Part shown: in pieces, positions 1 through 21,206 of the stretch | How the letters are laid out: each line of letters opens with the position of its first letter | How positions within the stretch are numbered: the stretch's first letter is position 1 | Assembly: GCA_030141605.1 (NCBI GenBank) | Contig: JAQGDQ010000031.1 | Span: forward strand, 310,001-374,000 | DNA length: 64,000 nt | Direction of reading: 5' to 3' | Source: Tubiluchus corallicola | Lineage: Eukaryota > Animalia > Priapulida | The notes under the pieces: model-generated | Seen by the model: the letters and a program-made list of their open reading frames with translations, nothing else | Told to the model about the DNA's origin: nothing | Database searches by the model: none | Made by a program: the position numbers and the translations under genes

Positions 1-605
1 GAATATAGGATTAACATATATAGAATTACATTCTGTACTCATATAAGTATGAAACAGACTGCATGACAGCGTTAAGCAACTTTGCAGGTCTTTAAGTACA
101 AATGAATATTAAAGGCCAAGGGCAGGTTGTCGAATCTTAATGTATTCTATCGGTTTCTTAATGGGTAGAAAGTCGTTTTGCACGTAGGCATGCCGGTTTT
201 CGTCACAGATCATTATCTGGCAATTTAAGCATGGTTTCTGTTGGGAGAGATTTCACTTACAGTTAAATCGCACATACAGCAAAATACACGTAATTAAACT
301 AGTTTTAATATAAAAATAATAATAAAATATGACATTGATCTAGCTTCTTTCAAACGATGTCTAGAAATTTGATGTAGGGCTTAGTATATCCTCAAAGATA
401 GGAATTTATATTCGGAATAATTCCTCGTGTGCATTGTTACCATGTAATTGTTGACAACAATCGTAGAGGTAAACACTTGATAAGTACACTCATGTACACA
501 CACATGCATGTTTGCACATACACGCACCTATGCACACGCATAAACATTAACGCATACACATCGATTAGTGTAATAAGTGAGCATTTATAGTAATAAAGTT
601 AATAT

Positions 606-1686
606 TTAAAGTAAATCTTCTTCTGACTTGATTTCAAACGGCTGCATATTCTCACTAGCTCGTATGTATATCCTTCCTTGGTTTGTCCAGACGTATTTGT
701 ACCCTCTTTCTTTCCTGAACGTCAAACATTTATTTAGCAAACCTTTTCTAGACTTCGTGAGACATTCATTAATATGTATTCTTCCGTTAGAGGTGAAACC
801 AATCTGACTAAGTTTTGGACCGTCTTTTCGTTTTCTGTAAATAGCGTCTCGGACAGATCTCCTGGTGAACTTTACCATAATAGGTTCTATACCTTTCTCT
901 GATGGGATACGGTGTGACACACTGATGTCCGTATCGCTTAGTGGCCATCCCATTTCACTAGCTATGCACTTAATTAAATTGTCAGTGTTCTCCCCGTTCT
1001 GTGTTGGTATCCCGTAAATTAATACGCCGTCTCTACGAATATACTGTTGGAGATTCTCAATTTCTGCAGCTTGGCTAGCTACTTTAGACTCAGTGGTTTT
1101 CACTAAGGCTTTAAGATCCTTGTTCTCTTGTTCAGTATTTTCTAATCTGGCTAAGGCGTTGTCATACATTATACAAATATTATCATATTTAGTTTCCAAA
1201 GATGTTCGTCCTGCCTTAAGTTCCTTCAAACCAATTTGTATTTTGCCCATTTCAGACATCATTTCTGCTCTAAAGTTTAACAGTTCAGACAAAAGGTTTA
1301 CGTCAGTATTATATTACCTTCATCGTTGTGTCCCTTACTTGCACTGTTTGACATCATTGCAGTTGTAATTTCTACCGTTGATTCCCGACTTTTTGTTTCC
1401 ATAAGTGATTTTGACCCGGATCTTGTAATGGACATCACACGCCACCATTTATAGCTTCACTGATCGAAAATGCACCATCGTAACATGAACTTCAAACTTG
1501 ATCACATAATATTTATAAACATGAGATGTACCAGTATAAATATTATTCAAGATCGTTTACGTTCTTGTATAGGTAACATGACTGGCTTCATGTGCATGTA
1601 TGTAAACTTAAAACATAAAATTTCTACACTCAGTCTTATGCTATAAGCTAGCACGGGAGCGAGCGTAAAAGACGTGCACTCGCTGC
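606..1686 (-). mobile_element. Non-LTR retrotransposon (CR1/L2-type) ORF1 with frameshifted N-terminus and 5' end
   Basis: ORF 606-1292 has an N-terminal coiled coil, an RRM-like region (IRRDGVLIYGIP...DISVSHRI...PIMVKF) and a C-terminal IHINECLT...YKYVWTNQGRIYIR domain, typical of LINE ORF1/FP-like proteins. An upstream ATG at 1435 (MSITRSGSK...) is in a different frame. A GC-rich putative 5' end lies near 1650-1686. No ORF2 is recognisable in 1-600. Confidence 0.7.
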
Positions 1687-2913
1687 AAAACCAGTTTGAC
1701 CCTCAAATTTATTGACATATTTATTGACATATGCTCAGTTTATTGACATATTTATAAAGAAATATGCGTGTTTTGTAATCTCGCTAGGCTTCTAATATTG
1801 GTATTTTTGTGAAAGTTCTTGAGCTTGTTGCAGAAGCAGCATGTTGTTTAGCAGTTTTGTGAGAGCAGCCAATCTAAGTGCATAATTTTGCATTGTATTT
1901 AAGACAGATTTACCTTTATAAAATGTTCATTTTTAATACAAGTTCCTTACATGGGAAAACACCGCTACTCGACTTGTCCTTTCAGCATCTAACTTCCCAA
2001 GATTTCTCTTTGCTTCGCTTGGGCAATAAACTCCTTTCAAGAAAAGAACCACTTTCTGCTTCTTCACAATTAGTTCAGCAACTCCGCATAATTATTACAT
2101 AGAGGTTATTATCTAACACACGCAATGTTATAAAAAATCAGCTTCGCTTCTCCTAAACTTGAACACCTGGGACAAACTTATTCTCTCTAAATGAACACCT
2201 GTTCTATTACTTGTAAACACAAATTCTTGTGACGATAATTTCTAGCCTTACATTAAATATATGCTGTATCAGCTAAGTGAGTTCCCATATTATTTTAATA
2301 AATTTATCTAATCCGATTAGGAGTTCTCTTTATCAACATAATCTAATGAAGTTGATAACTCCATTAATTATCACTTAATTCATGATTCCGAAATTTATTC
2401 ATAACACTAGATCTCAATTAAAAGGTTTCTGCATTCAACGTAATAGGTATTTGAATCAAAAAATAATAATTAAAAAAATTATTAAAAAGTTTTTACTAAA
2501 ACGTATCGTTATTATAGAGACTTCCTTCAAAAACTGAAATTTGAAAATAAATCAGCTTTGAATGAAACTGTGTTGGCGCCAATAACAGCTGAAAATATGC
2601 TTCCTGGCCAGCAGAGATGCGCAAACGCGGAACTGTGGACCTGGATCCGCAATGCGATTTTTCCCGAAATGCGGAGTCGCAGACATAAACTTTTGCGGAC
2701 CTTGCGGAGTGCGAACTATACAATTTCTTAACTATTGTGCGCGGATCCAAATGCGAAATACGTAAATCATATAATGTTTAATTATTCTTTAGTTTTTTTC
2801 TAATAATGGGGGCATATTTAATTGTTTAGTAACTGATAATGACCAGCAGTCTTCCACTCTTAGATATAGGTATTGCGCGCTGACCAAAACCTTCATCATT
2901 TATATATATATAC

Positions 2914-3043
<130 letters not shown>

Positions 3044-3099
3044 ATATGTATTTCTTTATTTGTCATTAAAATGGCTCACTCATTATAATAAAACTGAGT

Positions 3100-4190
3100 A
3101 ATCCTCAGCGTAATGTTAAAATAACAACACTGTTCAAGACAAATACGTCCAGTGCAGACTAAAAAAACTAAAGTGCAAAACTAAGGCCTAATTATATACA
3201 ATAAATGAACATATTTACAAACACAATATTAAAATATTTTTACAAAACAATATTACAAAAGTACATTAAATTTTACATGATATATTTTACACTATATATA
3301 GATTTAACATGACACTATTAACAGAAACGTGCTTTACATTACATAAATTTCACTCATTACATTTACACTATTTATACATTTCACACTACAAAACTGACAT
3401 AGCACGTATTACATTACATAATTTTTTAAAAACTTTACATTTTTAATTTTTTTATGGAGTCAGGGGCGGGGGTAGATGAAAGTTGAGTCTGTGTAATTAG
3501 TATCAGATGCACAATGTGGAAGTTAAAACCTGTTATATTGATATTCTTTTAATTTCTTTTTAAAGTGGTGGAGAGATGCTATTAGTTTTATTTCACTGGG
3601 TAGTAAGTTCCATAAATGTATGGCCTGGTTTGAGTTAGAGTTAGAGTTAGATAGAGTTATTTCCAAATTTATTGTCTACTGTAATTTGGTTTAAATTGTG
3701 TGTTCTATTGTTTAAAGTGGTATCAAGAAGCATGATAAGGGATTGTTTATAAATGGAATGCTCAGTTTGTTGCGTTTTGTTAGAGTAGTCATGAATTAAT
3801 CTAACTACGTAGTTTTGCATTGTATTTAGTTTTCTAAAGTTTTCATTTTTAACGTTTTGAAGTAAAGTGCAACCATACAGATAATGTGGTAATATTAGAC
3901 TTTTGTAGATGAGGATTTTTGTTTTCTTGGTTAGATGGCCTCTGGTTTGGCGTAAGAATACCGTGCTTAATGCCATCTTGTTGTATATTTGTTGAAAGTG
4001 TTCATCCCAAGTGAGTTTATTATCGACAGTAATGCATAAAAATTTTACATTTTTTGTTTGTTCTATGGAACAGTCACCTACTTTTAGTGTTGCATTAGAA
4101 GAACTAATGTTATTTGATTTGGGTGATATTACCATAAATTCTCTCTTATCATCATTCATTTTTAAACCAAAATAGTTAAATGCTGCATTT
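3100..4190 (-). mobile_element. CR1/L2-clade LINE ORF2 3' fragment inserted in the hAT element
   Basis: ORF 3647-4159 contains VKFLCITVDNKLTWDEH and IYKSLILPHYLYG (RT thumb region). The C-terminal LWNLLPSEIK...FKKKLK motif is at about 3545-3620, followed by an AT-rich 3' UTR. Confidence 0.8.
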
Positions 4191-4199
4191 ATATTTGTT

Positions 4200-5718
4200 A
4201 TGTCTTTTTCTAGATTATTTTTTGGTGTTAGAAAATCTGCGTGTGCTGTATATCCTCAATCCTCAAAAAAGCTTCGAGAGTCTTGTGTGTCAGTAGTGAC
4301 CAAGGACTTGCGTCCATTAAGTACTTTTAATGGTAGTGGCATGAGAGAGCTTCTGCAGACTTGCATCGACCTAGGAGCAAAACATGGTTCATTTTTAATC
4401 ATTGATGCATTGCCAGCTAGGAGCACCATCATAAAAGATCTTGCAGAATTTGCAAAAGTGGGCAAAACTAAGCTTATTTCCATTTTGAAAACCTGTATTG
4501 ATCAGAATGGTGGCATAGCTGTAAAAACCGACATGTGGACAGACTCTTATAACAGTCTTAGTTATACTTCACTGACAGTGCACTACGTAGTAAACAGTAC
4601 ACTGTATTCTAGACATCTCTTGATATCTGATTTTCCTACTAATGAAGCTAAAACAGCAGAAAATATATACAGAGAGTTGCAGAAAAATTTTGAGACTATG
4701 GGTTTTGAATACAGGACAGTTTTAGAGCGATTTGTGTTTGTTACTGATGAAGGGTCAAATATCAAAGCAGCGCTGAGAAAACACATCAGGTTACCATGTG
4801 CAGATCAGACGTTAGCTACCACTATTCGGCATTATCACATTATCAATATCGATACAAGAAGAAGATAAGGACCTTTCTAAGCTTGATGCATCCATAAAGG
4901 CGTGCATGCAGCTAGTAGCTTTCCTAAAAAAATGTGGCAACAATGTGAACTTATCAAAAACCGTAAAACGGCAAAATGACACGAGTCAGTGCTACATGTA
5001 TTCGGTGAAATAGAAGAACTACTGGATTCAAAAAACCAAAGGTGTCGTATGACAGGCATTGACAAGGACTCACTGATAATATTGATGGACTTTTTGAAAC
5101 CATTTGCTATGGCTGTAAGGGATCTTGAAGCAGATTGTAAACCTGCTTTGCATCTTGCAGTATTGTGGAAAGAAAAGCTGAGCAAATTCTTACAAATTGG
5201 TGGAATGGACAATAGCCTTCTGCAAAAACTGAAAAGACGGGCTGCACCTTACCTGCAGGAAAAAATTGTGCTAACAGTGCAGCATTTCACCGCACTGTTT
5301 CTTCATCCAAAATTTAAAAAGTCGCTTCCAGTTTCCACACGTCGTGATGAGAGCATGAATTACACCAGGTCACTGATTGCAAATTTGCCTGTTGCACAAG
5401 TTGAAGAATACAAGTTGAAGGCGATCATGTGTATGACAAAATGACAACAACTATTAGTATTGAAAATGAGTTCGTAAGTAGTGAAGAAGTGGAATGTGGT
5501 GATGAAGTGATGAATTATTTGACTTAAGAATGACTGACATGATTGTTCAGCAGTATAGCAAAGAAGAAGGTTTTGACGTTTTGTCATTCTGGGAAAGCCA
5601 GAAGACTTCTTTTCCAAGTCTACACCGCATTGCAAAACTGATGTTTAGTATCCCTGCTTCATCAGCACTATCTGAACGTTTGGACAGGATTTTATTTTTA
5701 AACAGTGCACAAAGGTGA
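4200..5718 (+). pseudogene. hAT transposase pseudogene (frameshifted, three ORF pieces)
   Basis: KDLRPLSTFNGSGM (Hermes-type DNA-binding region), catalytic TDMWTD and VTDEGSNIKAAL, LKPFAMAVRDLEAD, LFLHPKFK, and the hAT C-terminal domain LSFWESQKTSFPSLHRIAKLMFSIPASSALSER. Split across 4200-4868, 4989-5444 and 5530-5718. Confidence 0.9.
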
Positions 5719-7254
5719 TATGACATTAGTCATTTTCAGGAAAGGACAGTTTTTTTCAGCAATCCGATTGTTGTAGAACTATATGTTTGCTGAGATACAA
5801 ATTCAAATTTCAGTTCAGTTTTGCATTATCGTAAATTACCCTCTCTTAGTCACGTGCTAGTGTAATGTTTTCTGTTGTTTATTGTTTTTAGTCCTCATTT
5901 GCATACACTTTTAAGTGATAGTGGTAACAATAATAGTAATGATGAATCTTATGCGACTGCTGCTGTTGATGATGATGAATTGATAATGATGATGATGATG
6001 CTAGTGGTGGTGGTGATAAAATCAATGATGACAAAACAAATAAGAGATAACTGTAGCTGCTGCAACTCTTATTGGGGATTTATTACAACTATGTTCCTAG
6101 AGTTTCAAAGGTGACACGCTTTTGCTTTTGATCAGATATTAACAACAATGCATTGAAATGATGCCGGTGATACGATGTTATGATTGATGTTCGAGTTACA
6201 AGTAATAGAATTACTTATCTCTAGTATAGAGACAATTGTTTATTGCTACATAAGTTGTAAATGACCTAAGTGTAGCTTACAGATCCTAGTTGTCAGTAGG
6301 TCAACTTTAATTTCTTATCATAATCATTATTATTTTTAATTCCATTGCACAAATAATAATTTGTAGTGCTAGTAAAAATTTATAAAATGTGCTGGCCAAA
6401 CTTCAGCTAGTTTACTTAAAGCTTCTCTGGCCTGGTTTCATGATAGGACACATACATTTAAAGTTTAGCACCTGACAATGATTTGTTACTATTGCGGACC
6501 TTGCGGATCGCGGATCTGATGATTTTATACGGCCCGGGAATTGCGGAAACGCCAACCATTCTTTTGAGGACCCGCGAGGTGCGGACCTGAAAATGCTGGG
6601 TCGGCGAATCTCTGTCATTTAGCGTGTTGTTGCGTTGCTGCGGCATCTAGCGGCAGGAATCCTAAACGGATAAAAAATTCCAACTCTCAAACAACAAAAA
6701 TACCACATTCAATACCTTTGCTCAATATAGTCATGTACAGCAAAGAAAAGATGTTGTAGATACAGAATCATATCAAGTAACCAGTCTATAACAAAAAAGC
6801 ATGAAATTAATGTAAAAAACAGCCACGTGACAATGATGATATTTATATCTACGAAAAGCTTACACACAAATTTGTTGATAAACACAACAACAAAATTACA
6901 TGTTTGCTTCTTTATTACACTCTTATAAATATGAGCTGAACTAATGCGAGGAATCATATTTACCTGAAAGCAAATGCGCCACAAAATTGAAAAGAAAGTT
7001 TAGAAAAGGTATTCCTGTGTCAAGACTTTAACAAAAACCCGTACTGGCGAGTATGGGCAATCCGCAATTGGCCCACAACGGATTCGTTATGGCAAAACAC
7101 ACTCAATTTCAAATTGTATACAAATAATTGAATATTATAGTGTACATAATCAAACACATGTCAAGATGTCAAGTTATTTGAGCCAACGTTAAGCAACAAT
7201 TACTGATTATTATGATGCTGCTTATTATCAAGTACTTATATCAATTTTCCACCT

Positions 7255-7756
7255 TCCAGATGAACTCAGAGTCACTAAAGAATGAAAAACATGTTAAATA
7301 TTTAGGGGTGTATCTCACCAACACAGGAATACACAACAAACATGTAGAAACAATGAGAAACCAAAGCATTAGAGCTCTCTTTAAAAGAAAAACTCTAATA
7401 TTTAACAGCAACTTACCATTGACTACACAAATTTTATTATTTAACACATTAATAGGCCCTATTACAATATATGGTTGTGAGATTTGGACAAATGCTTAGG
7501 TAGAAAAACTAAATAAAATTGACAGCAATGTCACTGAGAAACTTCTACAAATATGGAACCAATTCCCATTCGAACATGTCCAAAATAAGTTCATAAAGTG
7601 GGTGTTAGGAGTAAAGACAACAGCATCCAATAATGCCTGTAAGGCCTCTCCTCATCGCAGCAGCAAAAAGATCATACAAATTTGGCTTGACTGCTGCCCA
7701 TAAACCTAGAAAAATAATATTTAACACCATCTTCCCTTCTCTAAATCCTACAGCTC
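7255..7756 (+). mobile_element. LINE reverse-transcriptase C-terminal fragment
   Basis: VKYLGVYL...LLFNTLIGPITIYGCEIW, followed by stop codons and KWVLGVK. Runs into a (TTA)n tract. Confidence 0.7.
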
Positions 7757-8056
<300 letters not shown>

Positions 8057-8363
8057 ATTTTATTTCGAGCATAAAAATATACAGAGCATGGATTTTTTTC
8101 ATTTATTATTTTAATGTTTATTTTACTGCATAATCCACCAAACAATTATTTTGCATGCAGTTATTAACACGACTCATTTAACAGAATGTTAAATTTTCGA
8201 CAATTGAAAAACAATAATGGGGCAAGAGTTTACAGCCCGAGTACACAACTTTTTAATAGCTTTATAATTATAGGGTTGAGCAAAGTTGCCAACTCTATTA
8301 CAAAAAGTGCGAGAATTTGAGATGGTGAAATAAGGAGAAAATAATTACGGTGAGGAAAGAATG

Positions 8364-8395
<32 letters not shown>

Positions 8396-8612
8396 GCGTG
8401 CGTGCGTGCGTGTGTGTGTGCGTGTGCGTGTGCGCGTGCGTGTGTGTGTGGTGCTAAAACGTGGCAACAAGGAGTTTGATACATCGTGTGAGTTCTTAAC
8501 ACATGATAAACGTGCATTTGAATGAGTCGAATTAACAAATCAGCCTAGCTAAAAATACCGACACAAAATCAAATATATTACGTGTGTGTGTGCGTGCGTG
8601 CGTGCGTGTGTC
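8364..8612. repeat. (TG)n/(CGTG)n compound microsatellites
   Basis: TG/CGTG runs at 8364-8449 and 8582-8612. Confidence 0.9.
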
Positions 8613-8860
8613 TGTACATACATATTCTTCCATCAATCCCATTTTTGCTTTATTTGTGGTTTTATTTTATCAGTCAGTTGACAAATGACCTTTTGATGAA
8701 AATATATCACAACACAAATGCCGTTTTCAGATGTTTAAATTCAATAATTATACTAAGAATAGGCTCTGTCGTCTGACAATGATACATTTGTCACTCTTCA
8801 GTCACAAAGCCAGTAAATAACGTTATATTTTATACAGAATGTACTGTCACAAAAATATGT

Positions 8861-16928
<8,068 letters not shown>

Positions 16929-17005
16929 CTAGAAAAAACAACACCGAATGAATTCAAATCCAAAACCGCAGACATGACTGTTTCTATGTGATTGAACCGG
17001 TGAGG

Positions 17006-17410
<405 letters not shown>

Positions 17411-17700
17411 TTTATTGCCCAAAATCGATATAATGCTCTTTGGCGTACAAACATTTAAAATTCAGAAAAAAATCTACGAACCATATTACAATTACGTAAG
17501 CTTTGAAAAGAGCAACTCTACTGCGTTATACAGATGGAAATTAGAATAACAAAAAGTACAAAAAGTTAGAGTTTCCAAAAATAAAAATGTTTTAATTTTA
17601 CATTTAAAGACAGCAATAGTTCGGGAGTTTTTGACCTCATCTGAAAGCGCCTTCCACGAAAGAGGGGCAGCACATTTCAAAAAACGCAAAAAGAGGGCTA
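17411..17700 (-). mobile_element. L2-clade LINE 3' end fragment
   Basis: FLKCAAPLSWKALSDEVKNSRTIAVFKCKIKTFLF matches the L2 ORF2 C-terminus. A short 3' UTR then runs into the microsatellite tail. Confidence 0.65.
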
Positions 17701-19242
17701 TAATCAGGAAATTTGCAGTAAGGACCTTGAAAGTGGTGTGGCGAACAGTGGCCTTGGTCAAGGGTCAAGGACACTAGACATCTGGTGTAAACACGGTCAC
17801 AGCATTACTCTCGCGGTTTGGAACTGAATTCACCCAATCTTCTTTTAAATTAACATAAATGAGGATTTTGGCTTTCTAGCTTTTAAAAACATATAAATAA
17901 AGTAAACAAACGAAATGTACTGTCACAATCTTGGTGTGATGGACCAGACTAGGTCCGACTCTTAGCTAAATTGTGTTCTTATGAATTACGTGCAACCACC
18001 TTTGCACATTATTTTACGAAATGGGTTCAGTGATAAATGTTTTGTTCTACTGAAGAAATCTAACAAATTGTGTTTTTGTATAGGGAAAAAACAAGCATAG
18101 TTTGTGTTATTTTTATTGCTGTTATTTTAGTAATATATTACTCATCCATGTACTACATCCGCCCGTGCCAGTGTTATGAAGGTTATTTTGAAATTGTGCT
18201 GGCTTGGTTCCTATAACTCTATATAAAAGGCTGTTATATAGTCCCATTAAGCATTGTATAGTGCTATAGTTACTTGTCTAAAGTATCAAATTACTTTGAA
18301 ATGCGATGAACTCTTCCAGTAACAGGAAAAATGTACTTTCTGATATAGACTAGGGGAGAATAAGCTGGAAGAAAAGCATTTAAAACGTTGGGCTTATAAT
18401 TTTGTGGAAACGTCTGTTGAAATTGGCTAAGCTGACATTTCTTTGGTGTAAAATGCTGGACAGTTGTCAATGGTGTAATGCTACCCTTATGGACAATATC
18501 TTGTTATGCAAATGAGTGAAGGAAAAACCCACTTTGAGTCTTTCGCACAGTAAAAGCACCGCGGTAGCTGCCGTCGTGTTGTGGACCGGCCCGGCTGATA
18601 CTTAGCGGTTTGGAGATGATATTTCTTCTATAGAGGGAAGGTGGGTACGCAACAGTGATCATCAATGGACTGACGCAGTGAGCGCTCACGCCCGGGAGAA
18701 CTAATTGTTTACTTTTTTTGAGTTCAATTGTGATTACATGACTCGGTAGAATCTGGTGCACAGACTCTAAGTGAACAGTAAAAACTGCAGTTACTGTTTG
18801 AGATTACAGTGCTTGATACTACCAAAAAAATTGTATTACAGTTTTTCAAATAGCCATTTCTTGTTGTTATTCATATAGCCATTTCTATTTGTTATATATG
18901 TATTTTTTCTTTTTTTAATTTACTCAGATTGTCAGCATCTAGAATAAAAACATTGAAATTTTAATTGATTTTGTCAATAAATGTTACACCTAAAAGCAGG
19001 TATGCATAAACCACCAGAAAAACTTCGCATTCAAAGGCCTTAGTTTCAATCTCCTGACGTTAACAAAGTTAAGCCCCCTTCCTACTCGTATTACATTATT
19101 TGCCAATTACCATCACCTACGAGGAACGCCATCATTACACTTGGGACTGTCTGAAATATGTCCAATCGGTTTTGTTTGAAAGAATAATAGCAACACTGAA
19201 AATCAATAATAATTTGTTTTGTCTCTTAAAATGACAACCATA

Positions 19243-21206
19243 CGACTTGAGGTTCCGGCAAACTCTTCAATTATGTTTTCATGGCTAGACATTTTTAACA
19301 CTCCTTTGATGCTGAGCATCAAACAAGACTTGCCTTCAATCTCTTCGGTTCCAGAGTTCACAAGTTCCTTATACTCGCTAAGTGAAGTTTGGCCTGTAAA
19401 TAAAATGATTTCAAATAACGTGCGAAAAAATTTAATGCCAATACAAAAATGTAAATTGTTGTGATTCTAAAAGCAAGAAAGACGAAAATATCTAAAATAA
19501 AGTTTACACTAAACATACGTTTTTGTTTCAAAGAAATTGTTTCAAGAATTTTGTTTGGCGAAAGTGTGATTAACAGTTGTTCAATAAAATTTCCATTTAA
19601 TTAAGATATTGTTGCGGGGCTGAGGTTCTCCGTGTTTTGCGCTCAAACTTTCACTCACTCAGGGAGACTGTAAACCAAAAATGTACTAATCTTACCTGTA
19701 TAAAATTCACAAATCCTGCGTTCTGATTGTTCATACTTAAACACTCACCTGTTTCACCTGTGATTGTTTATAAATATAGGTTTTACACGTCAAATGTAGA
19801 CACAGGAAAGTTCAAATGTGACTTAGGTAAGTCAAATGTAGATGCGGTACTTTGAATAAATCGGTAATTAACTCATTTAAGTGCAAATTCCAAAAAGATA
19901 AACCAAATTAAAATCATATTTTATGGTCATGGTGCTATCGGCAGCATCAATTTTTGTTATATTTGATTAATTTGCAACTATTTGTATGGACGTTAATACA
20001 TTTTTCAAATGTTTATTTGATAAGAATTGTTTTTCAAAATGTTTATTTGATAAGAAGCACCGCATTCTATTTCTTTGGTTCAGAGTTTGAGACGCCAAAC
20101 AAGACAAGCCTGCTCCTTCCCAGGAATTGTCTCCCAACTGTTTCGGCGTGAATGAGAGGGAGTGGTGAACCTTCAAGGGTAAATTCATTTTCGTTGTGTT
20201 TTTATGTCTAGCCAGCTATTAGTTCTTTTTCGGTTATAAAAAACTCTTTCTAACATTAACATTTAGTTTTACAAAATTAGTGGGTTTGTCAGGATTTTGG
20301 TCGGGCCTTATACTCTTTCAAAGCTAGTAAATGTCTCCCAGTTGCATGTTTCCGGATGTCGATCTCGAACCGAGGCCTCTCGCTCACCGATAACTCTGGT
20401 TCGAATCGTCCAGGGGTGATTACTACGATCCTGGCGGCGAGAATCAGACGGCAGAACAATATCAAATTAATATTAATTTATATGCTATAATATGTAACGT
20501 ATTATCAGTTTATAACACATAGATTTTGCGCGGTGAGCATCTGCATGAGCACATCTTGCATCAGTGGACATCTTCTCGACCACATCCACCCAATTTTTTA
20601 AAAAGTGCATATGCATCATCTCTATATGCATCATCTCTATTAGTAATTGTTACCACCAGAATTACTGAGTTTCCCATTGTCGTTAATAATTCGAAACCAC
20701 ATGGAATTTTCGCTTATTGACTAGATAATAATTATAGTAATAGAAATAATACAAAACAACGACGACAACGGCAACGACAACAGCAGCAACAGTACAACAA
20801 CAGTAGCTTCCCAGTTATGCGCAAAATATTTTAAGGGCGTCCTTCCTACTTGTAGTTGCTAGCGTTATGTTAATTAGGTAGTGGTTAGTTTGCCAATACA
20901 TCATATGACCCAGCAAAAGCAAATTAAGCACAAAATAAAGTTGGCCAACTGATCAACTGTCATAAGCTATATAATAATAAACTATTCATCCGACAAATGA
21001 AGAAGTAGCTTCCCTTGTAAGATTGTAATAATAAATTTGTGCAAATAATAAATGCAGATTACACAGGCTATAATGTTGATCACACACTTACCTCTTAGTC
21101 TTATTGGAACATGCCTCCGCCTATAACCATGTCTCTTGTACACACCACGACTTTCACCTGGCTGAGCCACAAAAGTAATACAAATGAATAGTCCAATGAT
21201 GGAACG
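19243..21206 (-). CDS. Candidate 5' exons of a secreted protein, possibly the pentraxin gene
   Basis: Exon 21206-21092 (TTTTTAG/GTAAGT; RSIIGLFICITFVAQPGESRGVYKRHGYRRRHVPIRLR, signal-peptide-like) and exon 19393-19243 (TTTACAG/GTATGG; QTSLSEYKELVNSG...EFAGTSS) are phase 1 compatible with each other and with exon 16928. The ATG exon was not found. Confidence 0.4.
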
